Assembly (NCBI GenBank): GCA_905479875.1
Contig: CAJQOG010000060.1
Coordinates: 3,853-67,852, forward strand
DNA from: an uncultured Gammaproteobacteria bacterium
GTDB taxonomy: Bacteria; Pseudomonadota; Gammaproteobacteria; Steroidobacterales; JABDMI01
Length of the DNA stretch: 64,000 nt
Direction of reading: 5' to 3'
Shown here in pieces: positions 38,883-48,677 of this stretch; the first letter of the stretch is position 1, and each line of letters begins with the position of its first letter. The notes under the pieces are model-generated. The model was not told the origin of the DNA. It was given only the letters and a program-made list of their open reading frames with translations, and made no database searches. The translations under genes were made by a program, and so were the position numbers.

Positions 38883-40199
38883 TTAATTTACCAATGGCTT
38901 TTTATAAAGTTTTCCGTCTTTCATAATAAATTCTATGCGTTGTAATTTGGTTATATCATCTAAAGGGTTTCCTTTAACCGCAATAATATCAGCCAACTTA
39001 TCCACCTCTAAAGTCCCCAAAGTTTCAGAAACACCTAAAAGCTCTGCTGTATTAACAGTTGCCGATTTCAAAGCCTGAATAGGTGTCATACCCGCCTCAA
39101 CCATATAAACAAACTCTTCTGCGTTGCGACCATGTTCTGAAACACCACTATCCGTGCCAAAGGCAATATTAACACCCGCTTTATTAGCTCGGCCAAAAGT
39201 TTCTTGAATGATTGGACCAATAGTTGCCGCCTTAGGGCGCACTACTTCTGGGAAATAGCCATCAATTTTTGATTTTTCTGCTACCCACTTACCAGCAATA
39301 ATCGTTGGTACATAATATGCATCAAATTTTTTCAGCAAGTTAATAACATCTTCATCCATATAAGTGCCATGTTCTATTGTTTTTACACCTGCCCGCAAGG
39401 CTCTCTTCATTCCCTCGGCTCCATGAGCATGTGCAGCTACATGCATATCATAATCATTTGCCGTAGCAATAATGGCCTCTAACTCTTCCTGGTTAAACTG
39501 TGGGTTTTGCCCATTTTTTGCAACACTTAAAACTCCACCTGTTGCAGTAATTTTAATTAAATCAGCCCCGTCTTTGTAGCGTTGGCGCACGGCTTTAATT
39601 GCTTCTGACGGACCGTCAATCACTCCATTCTTTGGAGTAGCCTCAGGCTGCAGTGAACTCGACATTCCATTGGTAGGGTCGGCATGACCACCTGTAGTAG
39701 CAATAGATTTCGCTGCCGTAAAAATTCTTGGCCCATCAATTAAACCAGAATTAATGGCGTTGCGAAGTGAGACCGTTATATTATGACTATCACCTAAATC
39801 TCGCACCGTGGTAAAGCCGGCATCTAAAGTGCGTTTTGCAAAAACTACTGACTTAAATGAAATGTCAGCAGCTTCATTACGAAAACGGTCTAAATAAATT
39901 GTTGGTCCAAACTGCATAGTTAAATGCGTGTGCATATCCATAAGACCTGGCAAAACGGTGTGCTCTTTCAAATTAATCAGATCATCGTCTTTATCTGGCT
40001 CAACATAACCTTCTTTAATATCTACAATTGAATTGCCTTCAATATAAAGTGTAACTTCTTTTTGAATTTTATTTGAGGTCATATCCAGCATGCGACCGGC
40101 ATGCAAAACAGTTGCAGCCTGAGTGTGTTCTGAAAAACCAACTACGCATATGACTATAGCCAACACACTTAAATTAATTCCCTTAAAACTATCCAACAT
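38883..40199 (-). CDS. secreted metal-dependent amidohydrolase family protein
   Basis: Signal peptide, MDMHTHL metal motif, HAHG, FGTDSG. ATG at 40199 with GGGAGA upstream is preferred to the TTG at 40214. Confidence 0.8.
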   Translation of the reverse strand: MLDSFKGINLSVLAIVICVVGFSEHTQAATVLHAGRMLDMTSNKIQKEVTLYIEGNSIVDIKEGYVEPDKDDDLINLKEHTVLPGLMDMHTHLTMQFGPTIYLDRFRNEAADISFKSVVFAKRTLDAGFTTVRDLGDSHNITVSLRNAINSGLIDGPRIFTAAKSIATTGGHADPTNGMSSSLQPEATPKNGVIDGPSEAIKAVRQRYKDGADLIKITATGGVLSVAKNGQNPQFNQEELEAIIATANDYDMHVAAHAHGAEGMKRALRAGVKTIEHGTYMDEDVINLLKKFDAYYVPTIIAGKWVAEKSKIDGYFPEVVRPKAATIGPIIQETFGRANKAGVNIAFGTDSGVSEHGRNAEEFVYMVEAGMTPIQALKSATVNTAELLGVSETLGTLEVDKLADIIAVKGNPLDDITKLQRIEFIMKDGKLYKKPLVN

Positions 40200-40264
40200 G
40201 CTTTTTTCTCCCAAATAAATATTTTTAACTTTAAAGCCTCATTTTATCTAATAAGTATAACTCT

Positions 40265-40864
40265 TTATTCGCTAATACGTGTGGCTTGTAATTTATAAAC
40301 CGACGTCCACGACTCGCCGCTATTAGATGACCATTGCATTTGCCAACTAAAGCTAGTTTCTTGAATATCACTAAAAATAACTTTGGTGATTCTGCCTTTT
40401 TCATTTACTTGTGAAATAAAACTAACTTCTGTTTCTGTTTCATTACCAGTGTAATACTCTAGACTTCTCGTTCGTGAAGAAAGCCAAACTGCAGACCAGC
40501 TTTTACTCCAAGGGTTATATACTCTTAGCTGGCTACCAAACCCTGGAGTCGTTTGCGAATCATTAGTATTACTTTTCCACTCATCACGAATTGCCGTTCC
40601 ACCTTGAATCGCAAAAAAACTCCAAGTTGCTCCCGCCTGCTCTTGCCATTCACCATTTTTTTGCAACTGCCAATCTTGAATTTTCCAATTGCCGATTAAA
40701 TTACTTAACAATCCCAAATTTAGATTTCTAGTGGGGGTCTTGCTTTCAGTGACTGCTTTAACTGATGCCTTGCTATCATTAGATTGTATCGGCGAGTTTG
40801 CACATGCAGAAAAGGAAAGAATACAAATGAAACTCATACAAAAGTAAATATATTTTTTTCGCAT
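40265..40864 (-). CDS. hypothetical lipoprotein (Trp/Ser-rich beta-type domain)
   Basis: Lipobox FSAC. No family recognised with confidence. Confidence 0.55.
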   Translation of the reverse strand: MRKKYIYFCMSFICILSFSACANSPIQSNDSKASVKAVTESKTPTRNLNLGLLSNLIGNWKIQDWQLQKNGEWQEQAGATWSFFAIQGGTAIRDEWKSNTNDSQTTPGFGSQLRVYNPWSKSWSAVWLSSRTRSLEYYTGNETETEVSFISQVNEKGRITKVIFSDIQETSFSWQMQWSSNSGESWTSVYKLQATRISE

Positions 40865-40898
40865 ATGTCGTTACTCCATATTTTAAGACTAGGTAAAC

Positions 40899-40932
40899 AA
40901 AAAAAGCTATCGCTCCAAGCAATAGCTTTTTT
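40899..40932. terminator. bidirectional rho-independent terminator
   Basis: AAAGCTAT / ATAGCTTT stem flanked by A- and T-runs, downstream of the 40968..41246 gene. Confidence 0.6.
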
Positions 40933-40967
40933 ATTAAAGAATTATCATGTAAAACCCAAGTCTATAT

Positions 40968-41246
40968 TTATTCGCCACAAGCTTTTCTAGCTGCTTGGTC
41001 AAGATTGCCGCCAGTTTTTATAATACCTTTAGATTTCGGTCCTTCGTATGCAAAACTTCCATCTTTAGATTCAAGCACCATTAGTTCACTGCCATTTGCA
41101 CAACTGCCATAGTAAACCATACCATTATCAGTTGGATACCCATGTTTTATTTCATAGGCAGAAAGACTAGTACCCACAACTCCAAGTGTAAATGCAATAA
41201 AAGAAATTTTGCTCAATGCTACAAACTTATTCATCAATAACCTCAC
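40968..41246 (-). CDS. small secreted hypothetical protein (two Cys)
   Basis: Signal-peptide-like N-terminus and its own terminator. The start is GTG 41246 or ATG 41234. Confidence 0.5.
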   Translation of the reverse strand: MRLLMNKFVALSKISFIAFTLGVVGTSLSAYEIKHGYPTDNGMVYYGSCANGSELMVLESKDGSFAYEGPKSKGIIKTGGNLDQAARKACGE

Positions 41247-41393
41247 TATTTTTTATAAAAGAGCGATTACATAAAAATCGCTAAGAATCTAAAAATTTAT
41301 ATAAGTTTGTATATAAGACAAAATTCTTAACCAAATTCACATTTAGCAGTCGATCGCCACAAACCGAGTAAATTTTAGCATGCAAATCATTAA

Positions 41394-41437
41394 AAACAAA
41401 AAAACCTGAGATTATTTCAAATAATCTCAGGTTTTAT
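41394..41437 (-). terminator. strong rho-independent terminator
   Basis: 12-13 bp stem ACCTGAGATTATT / AATAATCTCAGGT with a long T-run on the minus strand, 25 nt after the 41463..41654 ORF. Confidence 0.75.
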
Positions 41438-41462
41438 AAGGTTTTTTGCAGTTCAGTCTTAA

Positions 41463-41654
41463 CTAATCTTTGTCTACAAGAAAAGGATATTCATCAACAG
41501 CACCGTTTTGCAAAATTTTCTTAGTAACCACGCCAATTGCAACGCTTGTCCAAGCCGCTTTGGATTTTTTAGTTATATTGGACCCGTCAGGATTATGGGT
41601 TTCAGAGGTGAGCACTGGGCGAGTCCATTCCAAATCATTCAATTTTTTAGTCAT
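41463..41654 (-). CDS. small hypothetical protein (63 aa)
   Basis: ORF followed directly by a strong terminator. No family recognised. Confidence 0.45.
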   Translation of the reverse strand: MTKKLNDLEWTRPVLTSETHNPDGSNITKKSKAAWTSVAIGVVTKKILQNGAVDEYPFLVDKD

Positions 41655-42011
41655 TCTGGTTCTCTTAAAATGCTGTAAGGCCTATTTGGCTTATTAATAT
41701 TAATATTTCTTTTTTTGTTCATGCAATTATTGAGTAGCTGGAGTTTGAAAAACGTGAGCCAGTTCACAGTTCAGTATTTTTTTATAAATTATGGCACCAA
41801 TAATCGCCTAAATTACACCATTCATCAAAACCGAAAACTGGTATCTTACTGATATTTATAGAAATTATGGCGATTTCGAGGAAATTTTTCTTAATAAATC
41901 TAATTGGTTTAAAAGCGTGACTACTATCACAGAAAGTCCAGTTGAAAATTCTTAGAATGATTGCACTGATTAAAGAAGTTGAGATTGTATTTATCTCTTT
42001 TGGAAAAATTA

Positions 42012-42209
42012 ATGAACACATCAATTAACAAACTTGAAGAACGTTTAAACGAATTAGAGAATCTTCGTTTGCAGCGTCAAACATGGCTGAATGATTTGAT
42101 AAACCCAATGACTGAACGTTTGCAGTATCTTTCTGAATTACGTACAAAACCAGAGAATCAAACAAGCAATGTCATTCAATTCCCCTTAGAGCGTCGCTTC
42201 TCTAAATAA
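42012..42209 (+). CDS. small hypothetical coiled-coil protein (65 aa)
   Basis: ATG at 42012 within the 41979 ORF. Heptad-like LEERLNELENLRLQRQ. Weak SD. Followed by a structured region and a terminator. Confidence 0.4.
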   Translation: MNTSINKLEERLNELENLRLQRQTWLNDLINPMTERLQYLSELRTKPENQTSNVIQFPLERRFSK

Positions 42210-42325
42210 AAATAACCCTGGAAATTGAAGAACAAATAGCATTCATTAATTAGCTAGAGCAAGCACGAATGAATGACAAGAATTTTGAAACATGATGTTT
42301 CAACCCGAGCAGCAAACTCCCTTAG

Positions 42326-42351
42326 CCACGCCTCCGGTCGTGGTTTTTTTT
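42326..42351 (+). terminator. rho-independent terminator
   Basis: CCACG-N8-CGTGG stem followed by T8. Confidence 0.7.
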
Positions 42352-42367
42352 ATTCAAATTCTAATTT

Positions 42368-43345
42368 TTAGCTAGAAAAGTGCTCAAGAAAGAAATCATC
42401 CGACCATGAATTGAGCTTACCATCCTTGAGAAAACCGCAGTGTCCACCATAAGGTGATTTAACGATACTAAGATATTCAGACTTATAAAGCTTATCAGAA
42501 CCGGAATGCGGAATTATCGTATCGTCTTCAGCCAGCAAAATCACCGTGGGTATTTGCAAGTTTTGTAATCGGTCATCTTTCAAGGCATAAGCATCAAAAT
42601 ATTGCTTAGAACTTTCAAACTCTCCAAACTCTCCAAGTAAAACCTCTGTTAATTTAGCCAAATCCTTATGCTCTAGAAGTTTCTGTTTATTATATTTTTC
42701 TGGAAAAATCTCAGCTTTTTTTGTTAGTGAAGCACGCCATTTTTTTAGAAAGTACCAATTATAAGCAACAAAGCCATTCTGAATTTCATGCATAGTTTCA
42801 AATGGGTCAATTGGCGGACAAATTGCAACTACTTTATCAATAGATAAAGCGTGCTCATGAGCAACAGCCGCCACTCTTACACAAAAGTTACCTCCTAAAG
42901 AATAACCTCCCATGAAAAATTGCTTTGGCTGATATCTGGCCTGAATCGCCTTAACAGCTCCAACAACTTCATCTAAACGGCATGAATGAAACAAATCTTC
43001 ATTTAAGTGATGACTGTCACCATGATCTCTTAGATTTAAGCGAAAAACTGAATACCCATTAGTGTATAAAGTTTGCGCCGAAGACAATAAATACATTGAA
43101 TTCGCACTACCTTCCCAGCCATGCATTAAAACTACTAAAGGCGCCTCTGGATTAGGGCTAGCGCTGTAAAATCCTTGTAAACGTACGTCATCTCCACAAT
43201 CAAGGATTACTTCCTCAGTGATATCGAGCAGAGGTTTTGATTTTTTCTCAACGAAGAGCCGTCTTAACTTGAATGTAGCCAATAAAGATTGCACATGGGT
43301 GTTTCTCGCCCAAAATGGCGGCTTATAGTTTGCAATTTCATACAT
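42368..43345 (-). CDS. alpha/beta hydrolase, YheT/ABHD1-3-like (UPF0017)
   Basis: N-terminal W..NTHVQS motif, HGWEGS, nucleophile elbow GYSLGG. Confidence 0.8.
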   Translation of the reverse strand: MYEIANYKPPFWARNTHVQSLLATFKLRRLFVEKKSKPLLDITEEVILDCGDDVRLQGFYSASPNPEAPLVVLMHGWEGSANSMYLLSSAQTLYTNGYSVFRLNLRDHGDSHHLNEDLFHSCRLDEVVGAVKAIQARYQPKQFFMGGYSLGGNFCVRVAAVAHEHALSIDKVVAICPPIDPFETMHEIQNGFVAYNWYFLKKWRASLTKKAEIFPEKYNKQKLLEHKDLAKLTEVLLGEFGEFESSKQYFDAYALKDDRLQNLQIPTVILLAEDDTIIPHSGSDKLYKSEYLSIVKSPYGGHCGFLKDGKLNSWSDDFFLEHFSS

Positions 43346-43539
43346 AATTTTATTGTGAAGCGATACTTTGCTTATTCGCTTATAACTAGAAATAGAAAAT
43401 ACATTTTAACATTCATTTACTACCAGTAATTTGCTAAGAAAAAATTTAGCTAAAGGATATCCGTCAAACTGTAATAAAACTTGAATAATATATATCAACT
43501 CCCATATTATTATTAGACTTTAACTAGTAGGGGCAAAAC

Positions 43540-44412
43540 ATGGCAGATTCACAGCATATTTTTAATTCGACCGATAAAAGCTTTCCAGATGACGTGATTC
43601 AAAAATCTGAAGATACCACCGTTTTAGTTGATTTCTGGGCACCATGGTGTGGTCCATGTCGCATGCTTGCTCCAATATTAGAGCAACTTGCCGATCACTT
43701 TGAAGGTAACTTACTAATTGCCAAAGTCAATACTGATGAAAATCCAGCTCTTGCACAACACTTTGGAATTAGAGGCATTCCTGCTCTTAAAGTAATTTCT
43801 GGACGAGAAGTGGTTTATGAAACTACTGGCGTGCAAAGTGTTGCGGTTTTAATCGAAGCTTTAAGCCCATTTATAAACACAGCTGAGTCAGAAAAAGCCT
43901 CGGAAAATTCAGAAATAGATGAATCTATAGAAAACTCTTTTAAACCGGCAGAGCGTATTGCTGAATTAGAAGCGGCATTAGAACAAAATCCTGATGATGA
44001 AAATATGAATTTAGAATTGATCAGCACTTACTTAATTAACAATCAAACCGATGCGGCTTATGCGAGACTTCTTACGCTTCCAATTAATGTCACTGAAACA
44101 GAGCATGGACAAAAAGTTAAAGTGCTGGTAGATTTTTACCGCGCTAAACAACATGCTCCTGATTATGATGCCCTCAGTAATGAGCTTATTAAAGATCCAA
44201 ACAATCACGCAGCACGCTATCAAACGGGTGTGCATAAACTCTTAGAAGGCTCTCAACAAGCTGCACTTCAGGACTTCTTATACATTTTTGAAACTGCCCC
44301 TGACTTTGAGGATGGCTTAGGCCGGAAAGCATTGCTGGCTGCCTTCACTATTACTGATGATGACAATCTAATCAAAACATATAGACGAAAAATGGCAAGT
44401 CTTTTACATTAG
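43540..44412 (+). CDS. thioredoxin-domain protein with a C-terminal TPR-like domain (YbbN/CnoX-like) retaining a WCGPC active site
   Basis: VDFWAPWCGPCRMLAP thioredoxin motif plus a ~170-aa helical C-terminal extension. Confidence 0.85.
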   Translation: MADSQHIFNSTDKSFPDDVIQKSEDTTVLVDFWAPWCGPCRMLAPILEQLADHFEGNLLIAKVNTDENPALAQHFGIRGIPALKVISGREVVYETTGVQSVAVLIEALSPFINTAESEKASENSEIDESIENSFKPAERIAELEAALEQNPDDENMNLELISTYLINNQTDAAYARLLTLPINVTETEHGQKVKVLVDFYRAKQHAPDYDALSNELIKDPNNHAARYQTGVHKLLEGSQQAALQDFLYIFETAPDFEDGLGRKALLAAFTITDDDNLIKTYRRKMASLLH

Positions 44413-44423
44413 AATATCAGTCT

Positions 44424-45416
44424 ATGAAATTACAACAACTTCGCTACTTAATTGCGGTGGCCGATAATCATCTAAGCCTAACAAAAGCGGCTCAAAAAAT
44501 TCATACATCGCAACCTGGTTTAAGTAAACAATTGCGTTTACTTGAAGATGAATTACAAACAAAATTGTTTCAAAGAAGTGGCAAACAGCTTGTGGGACTA
44601 ACAACTATTGGTGCTGAGGTTTTAGCTCGTGCGAGAAATATACTGCAAGAAATTGCCAACATCAAAGAGCTTGCTGGTGACGAACGTGACGAAGTTGAAG
44701 GCTCTTTTAGCTTAGCTACAACCTTGACGCAAGCAAAATATGTTTTACCTAAAGTTTTTAAAAGCTTTCATGAAAAATTTCCAAAATTACGCATTGACAT
44801 TCAACAAGGCTCTACTGATCAAATTTTAGATTTACTAAAAAAACAAGAAGTCGATTTTGCTGTAGCATCCGGCTTTGATAACCTTGGCCCTGATGTTATT
44901 AAAATACCTTGTTACCAATGGGAACGAGTTATCCTCTTCCCTCATGACCATCCACTTGGCGATTTAAAAAATATTTCCTTAAAAGATATTGCCGAATATC
45001 CAATTGTGACTTACAACATTCCCAATTCGGTTAACTCAAGTTTGCATCAAGCCTTTAAATTAGAAGGTCTGGAACCCAATATTGTGTTCACAGCCCGAGA
45101 TTCTGACATTATCAAAACCTATGTAAAAAATGGTTTTGGTATAGGCATCATTGCCAATATTGCTTTTAACCCAAGTGAAGACCGTGATTTAATTGGCTTT
45201 AATGCACAAGACATTCTTCCGACCAGTTTGACCTGGATTGCTTGTAATAAAAACCTTTTCATTAAAAAATATATGCAAGAATTTGTAAAACTCTTTGCTC
45301 CACATATTTCTGAAGCTGATTTGAAAATTTATTTACATCCTGAAACGATTAGCGAGTTCGATTTACTCAATGATAACCACATGGAATCACTTGCTGCTTT
45401 GCCTATGCACAACTAG
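44424..45416 (+). CDS. cysB: LysR-family transcriptional regulator, CysB-like
   Basis: N-terminus MKLQQLRYLIAV....L..AA..IHTSQPGLSKQLRLLEDEL and the rest are collinear with E. coli CysB by recall (PCYQWERVILFPHDHPL, IVFTARDSDIIKTYV). Confidence 0.7.
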   Translation: MKLQQLRYLIAVADNHLSLTKAAQKIHTSQPGLSKQLRLLEDELQTKLFQRSGKQLVGLTTIGAEVLARARNILQEIANIKELAGDERDEVEGSFSLATTLTQAKYVLPKVFKSFHEKFPKLRIDIQQGSTDQILDLLKKQEVDFAVASGFDNLGPDVIKIPCYQWERVILFPHDHPLGDLKNISLKDIAEYPIVTYNIPNSVNSSLHQAFKLEGLEPNIVFTARDSDIIKTYVKNGFGIGIIANIAFNPSEDRDLIGFNAQDILPTSLTWIACNKNLFIKKYMQEFVKLFAPHISEADLKIYLHPETISEFDLLNDNHMESLAALPMHN

Positions 45417-45596
45417 ATAGGTTACTCTTATTTTTAATTTTGGTTTTTAATTAAACTATCCACTTAATTTCTCAGAGTGTTTAGAGTTTGCTACTTCTTT
45501 AATTATTCTAAAAGCGGCTCAATATACTAAAATGCAATAATTAAAACTCAGGTCACAATACTGTGGACTGTTTAAATTCCCAAGCAGTGATTTTTT

Positions 45597-46310
45597 ATGA
45601 ACATTCTATTATTCAATCAAGAAGACATTATTGAACAATCTAAAAATAGAAATATTATTCGTATCCAAGATGAGCGATTCACTCATTTAAGATCGAGAAA
45701 ATTCGTACTTAACGACTCTTTAAGAGTTGGAGAAATCGATGGCTTGTGTGGTCAGGGAACTATTAGCAAACTAGATAAAAACTTTCTTGAAATTGAATAC
45801 CAACTCATAAATAAACCTCCACAAGCGGCTGCGGCTAAATTAATTCTCGCATTACCACGCCCGATCATGCTCAAACGCTTATTAGTGGATATTGCCATGC
45901 TGGGTATTAAAGATATTGTCTTGCTTGGAACCAAACAGGTTGAAAAGAGCTTTTGGTCCAGTCAATTACTCAAAGAAGATAATTTTAAAAAATATTTGCT
46001 CAAAGGTTTGGAACAGTCTTGCGATACGGTATTACCCAGAGTCACTTTAGAAAATAAATTTCTACCTTTTGTTGAAGATAAGTTAGCCGACTTCGCTACA
46101 GGAAAAATAATCCTCGCTCACCCAACGGCAACAGAACTTTGTCAGCAACCTTCTAATGAGCCGTTTACATTGATTGTGGGTCCAGAATCTGGATTTACTG
46201 AATATGAAGTTGATAAGTTTATTGAGAATGGTGCTAGAGCCGTCACCATTGGCAAAAGACATCTACGAGTGGAAACTGCAGCAATTTATTTGTTGGGACG
46301 TTTATTGTGA
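45597..46310 (+). CDS. RsmE-family (PF04452-like) RNA methyltransferase paralogue
   Basis: LILALPRP, LIVGPESGFTEYE, IGKRHLRVETAA. Divergent from the canonical rsmE at 9867. Confidence 0.7.
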   Translation: MNILLFNQEDIIEQSKNRNIIRIQDERFTHLRSRKFVLNDSLRVGEIDGLCGQGTISKLDKNFLEIEYQLINKPPQAAAAKLILALPRPIMLKRLLVDIAMLGIKDIVLLGTKQVEKSFWSSQLLKEDNFKKYLLKGLEQSCDTVLPRVTLENKFLPFVEDKLADFATGKIILAHPTATELCQQPSNEPFTLIVGPESGFTEYEVDKFIENGARAVTIGKRHLRVETAAIYLLGRLL

Positions 46311-46342
46311 TGAGTGATTATTTTTTATACTAAGACAATAAA

Positions 46343-46418
<76 letters not shown>

Positions 46419-46468
46419 AAGGGTCATTGAAATGACGGTATTAAGATGTGAATAAACCTTAAGGTCGC

Positions 46469-46498
46469 GTATTATGCGGGCTTGAAGCGTGCAGTCAA
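46469..46498 (-). promoter_or_regulatory. putative sigma70 promoter for tRNA-Phe
   Basis: Minus strand TTGACT, 18 nt spacer, TAATAC, about 50 nt upstream of the tRNA 5' end. Confidence 0.4.
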
Positions 46499-46584
46499 GC
46501 AAAAAGGCTTAAAAATCCTCTTCGATACGAAAAATCAAACAAAAACTACTGTTTTTAAAGCTTTCTGAACAATTAACACAAGCT

Positions 46585-46860
46585 TTATTCCGCGTCTGGC
46601 GCAACAAAATCCGCGGGCGCTTCAGAACCTTCACCGAAGAAATACTTTTCCATCTCAGCTTCTAAAAATTTTCTATCTTTAGCATTAATAGGACTTAGTC
46701 GATACTCATTAATCAACATGGTCTGATGACCTAGCCATTGCTGCCAAGCTTGTTTAGACACTGAAGTAAAAATTCGCTGTCCTAAATCACCTGGATAAGG
46801 CTGGAAATCTAAGCCTTCGGCTTCTTGTTTTTGTAAAACACATTGCACAGTTCTGCTCAT
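46585..46860 (-). CDS. yggX: Fe(2+)-trafficking / oxidative damage protection protein
   Basis: MSRTVQCV...[16 protein letters not shown]...[11 protein letters not shown]. Downstream of mutY. Confidence 0.9.
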   Translation of the reverse strand: MSRTVQCVLQKQEAEGLDFQPYPGDLGQRIFTSVSKQAWQQWLGHQTMLINEYRLSPINAKDRKFLEAEMEKYFFGEGSEAPADFVAPDAE

Positions 46861-46877
46861 TTTATTCTCAATATTTT

Positions 46878-47951
46878 TTATAAATCTAGTTGCGATAAAT
46901 CTTCAAGTAAGCGTTTTACCGGAGCGGCTATACCCACTTCTAACTCACCTTGCAGTGGAAAATACTTTGCTGGTGAATCTTGTATTTGACGAGTATGTTT
47001 ACTAGTCCTTATTTTATCCGATAGCTGCAACACGTGGGGATGAATGTCGAGATGATAATGACTAAAAGTATGTCTAAATGAATCTAATATTATGAGCTCT
47101 AGCTCCGAGGAAAAATTATCCTCTACATATTCATTTAGATATTCTTGGGCGCTAAATTCAGGAAAAGACCATAAGCCACCCCAAATGCCGGTAGGTGGGC
47201 GTTGTTGTAAATATACAGTTTGCTTATCAAGCACACATAAAACATAAGCTTGTTTAACTGGTTTATTTTTTTTGGGTTTAGAATGGGGCAATTCTGAAAT
47301 GCGATCAGTTTTAAATGCCTTGCACTTTTTATGTAAGGGACAGTCTTTACATAAAGGCTTGCTGCGCTTACAAACTAATGCGCCTATGTCCATAATCGCT
47401 TGCGTGTAATCGTCTACTCGGTCTTGCGGCGTGACCTCTTTTGAATGCGCCCACAGTTTTTTTGCAACGGCACTTACACCATACCAACCATCCACTGCAA
47501 AATAACGTGCTAATACTCGCTTCACGTTTCCATCTAGAATTGGGTATGACTGCTTAAAAGCTTGTGCCATAATTGCGCCCGCCGTTGATGGCCCAATACC
47601 AGGCAAGGCCAGCAAGGTTTCGAAATCTTCAGGAATTGCTTGATAATCATCCCACATACTGACTGCGGTTTTGTGTAGGTTACGCCCACGAGCGTAATAG
47701 CCTAAACCTGACCAATGGGCTAAAACATCATCTTGTGAAGCTGAAGCCAAAGATTGTAAATTAGGAAAAGAAGCAATGAATTTTTGGTAATAAGGAATAA
47801 CTGTGGTGACTTGAGTTTGTTGCAACATCACTTCCGACAACCAAATATGATATGGCCTGTCTTTTTTAGGAATAGATTTTACTTTCCACGGCAGTGACTT
47901 GCGTCCAAACTTATCGTACCAAGTCAGAACCTCTTGAGAGAATTTACTCAA
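46878..47951 (-). CDS. mutY: A/G-specific adenine DNA glycosylase
   Basis: [24 protein letters not shown], Hh[16 protein letters not shown], 4Fe-4S Cys cluster (C..C...C.....C), and a C-terminal NUDIX-like domain. Confidence 0.9.
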   Translation of the reverse strand: MSKFSQEVLTWYDKFGRKSLPWKVKSIPKKDRPYHIWLSEVMLQQTQVTTVIPYYQKFIASFPNLQSLASASQDDVLAHWSGLGYYARGRNLHKTAVSMWDDYQAIPEDFETLLALPGIGPSTAGAIMAQAFKQSYPILDGNVKRVLARYFAVDGWYGVSAVAKKLWAHSKEVTPQDRVDDYTQAIMDIGALVCKRSKPLCKDCPLHKKCKAFKTDRISELPHSKPKKNKPVKQAYVLCVLDKQTVYLQQRPPTGIWGGLWSFPEFSAQEYLNEYVEDNFSSELELIILDSFRHTFSHYHLDIHPHVLQLSDKIRTSKHTRQIQDSPAKYFPLQGELEVGIAAPVKRLLEDLSQLDL

Positions 47952-48669
47952 GAGGCTTCACATCCTGTTCAGTTTTTTTCTCTTTCTTTTTGTCCATTTT
48001 TACAAAATCTATTTGGGGCAAATCCAGCAAAGGAAAATTCTGATTTTTATCGAACTTAATTTGCGATTTTCCTTGTGCATATTTTTCCATACGCTCTACA
48101 ATTTCTAAACCATCTTTTGCCAATGATTTTTTAATCATATAAGTCCCAAGCAAAGGAGGAACCCAAAACCCAGGTTCAAACTCCATGCTGTAATCAATTT
48201 GCGTGAACGTTTCTTCTTTGGACGATTCGTCGCCGTTTTTAAAATCAACTTCGGACAAATTCCACATCGTTTTATTCCAACGAACATTTTTACTCAGTTC
48301 AGGTAACAGTAAAGTAACAATTCTTTGATTCTCAACGGTATCCATGCGCTCAACTTTTTCCACACTACGACAAAGAAAGGCCACACAACCTTGCAAATGA
48401 CTAAACACTCGACGTGTACCATCCGCCGCAGGGGTAACTTCCTGGCTTTGCTTAATACCACGCGAGAAGTGATGCATATTGTTATAGTCGGTTAATACCT
48501 CATACATTGTATTTTTAGGCACATCAACCAGTAAGCTACTATCCAGATAGAAACGCTTACCCTTGCGCTTTACTTCCATCTTTAGCATTTCAGCCGCTTG
48601 CAAGCTGCCTACTGTAGATATACAAACAATAATTAAAAATGCGAGGTTTTTTAAATCAAACAATTTCAT
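47944..48669 (-). CDS. secreted SRPBCC/START-like hypothetical protein with a Lys-rich tail
   Basis: Signal peptide and a weak resemblance to the cyclase/dehydrase (SRPBCC) fold. An 8-nt overlap with the mutY start suggests co-transcription. Confidence 0.5.
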   Translation of the reverse strand: MKLFDLKNLAFLIIVCISTVGSLQAAEMLKMEVKRKGKRFYLDSSLLVDVPKNTMYEVLTDYNNMHHFSRGIKQSQEVTPAADGTRRVFSHLQGCVAFLCRSVEKVERMDTVENQRIVTLLLPELSKNVRWNKTMWNLSEVDFKNGDESSKEETFTQIDYSMEFEPGFWVPPLLGTYMIKKSLAKDGLEIVERMEKYAQGKSQIKFDKNQNFPLLDLPQIDFVKMDKKKEKKTEQDVKPLE

Positions 48670-48677
48670 AAATTTAA

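Noticed and set aside
41782-42024. 80-aa hydrophobic minus-strand ORF in the AT-rich islet.
   Set aside because: It has no SD, its start overlaps the start of the plus-strand small ORF, and its Ile/Phe/Asn-rich composition is expected from AT-rich DNA. I kept it only as a remark in the islet finding.
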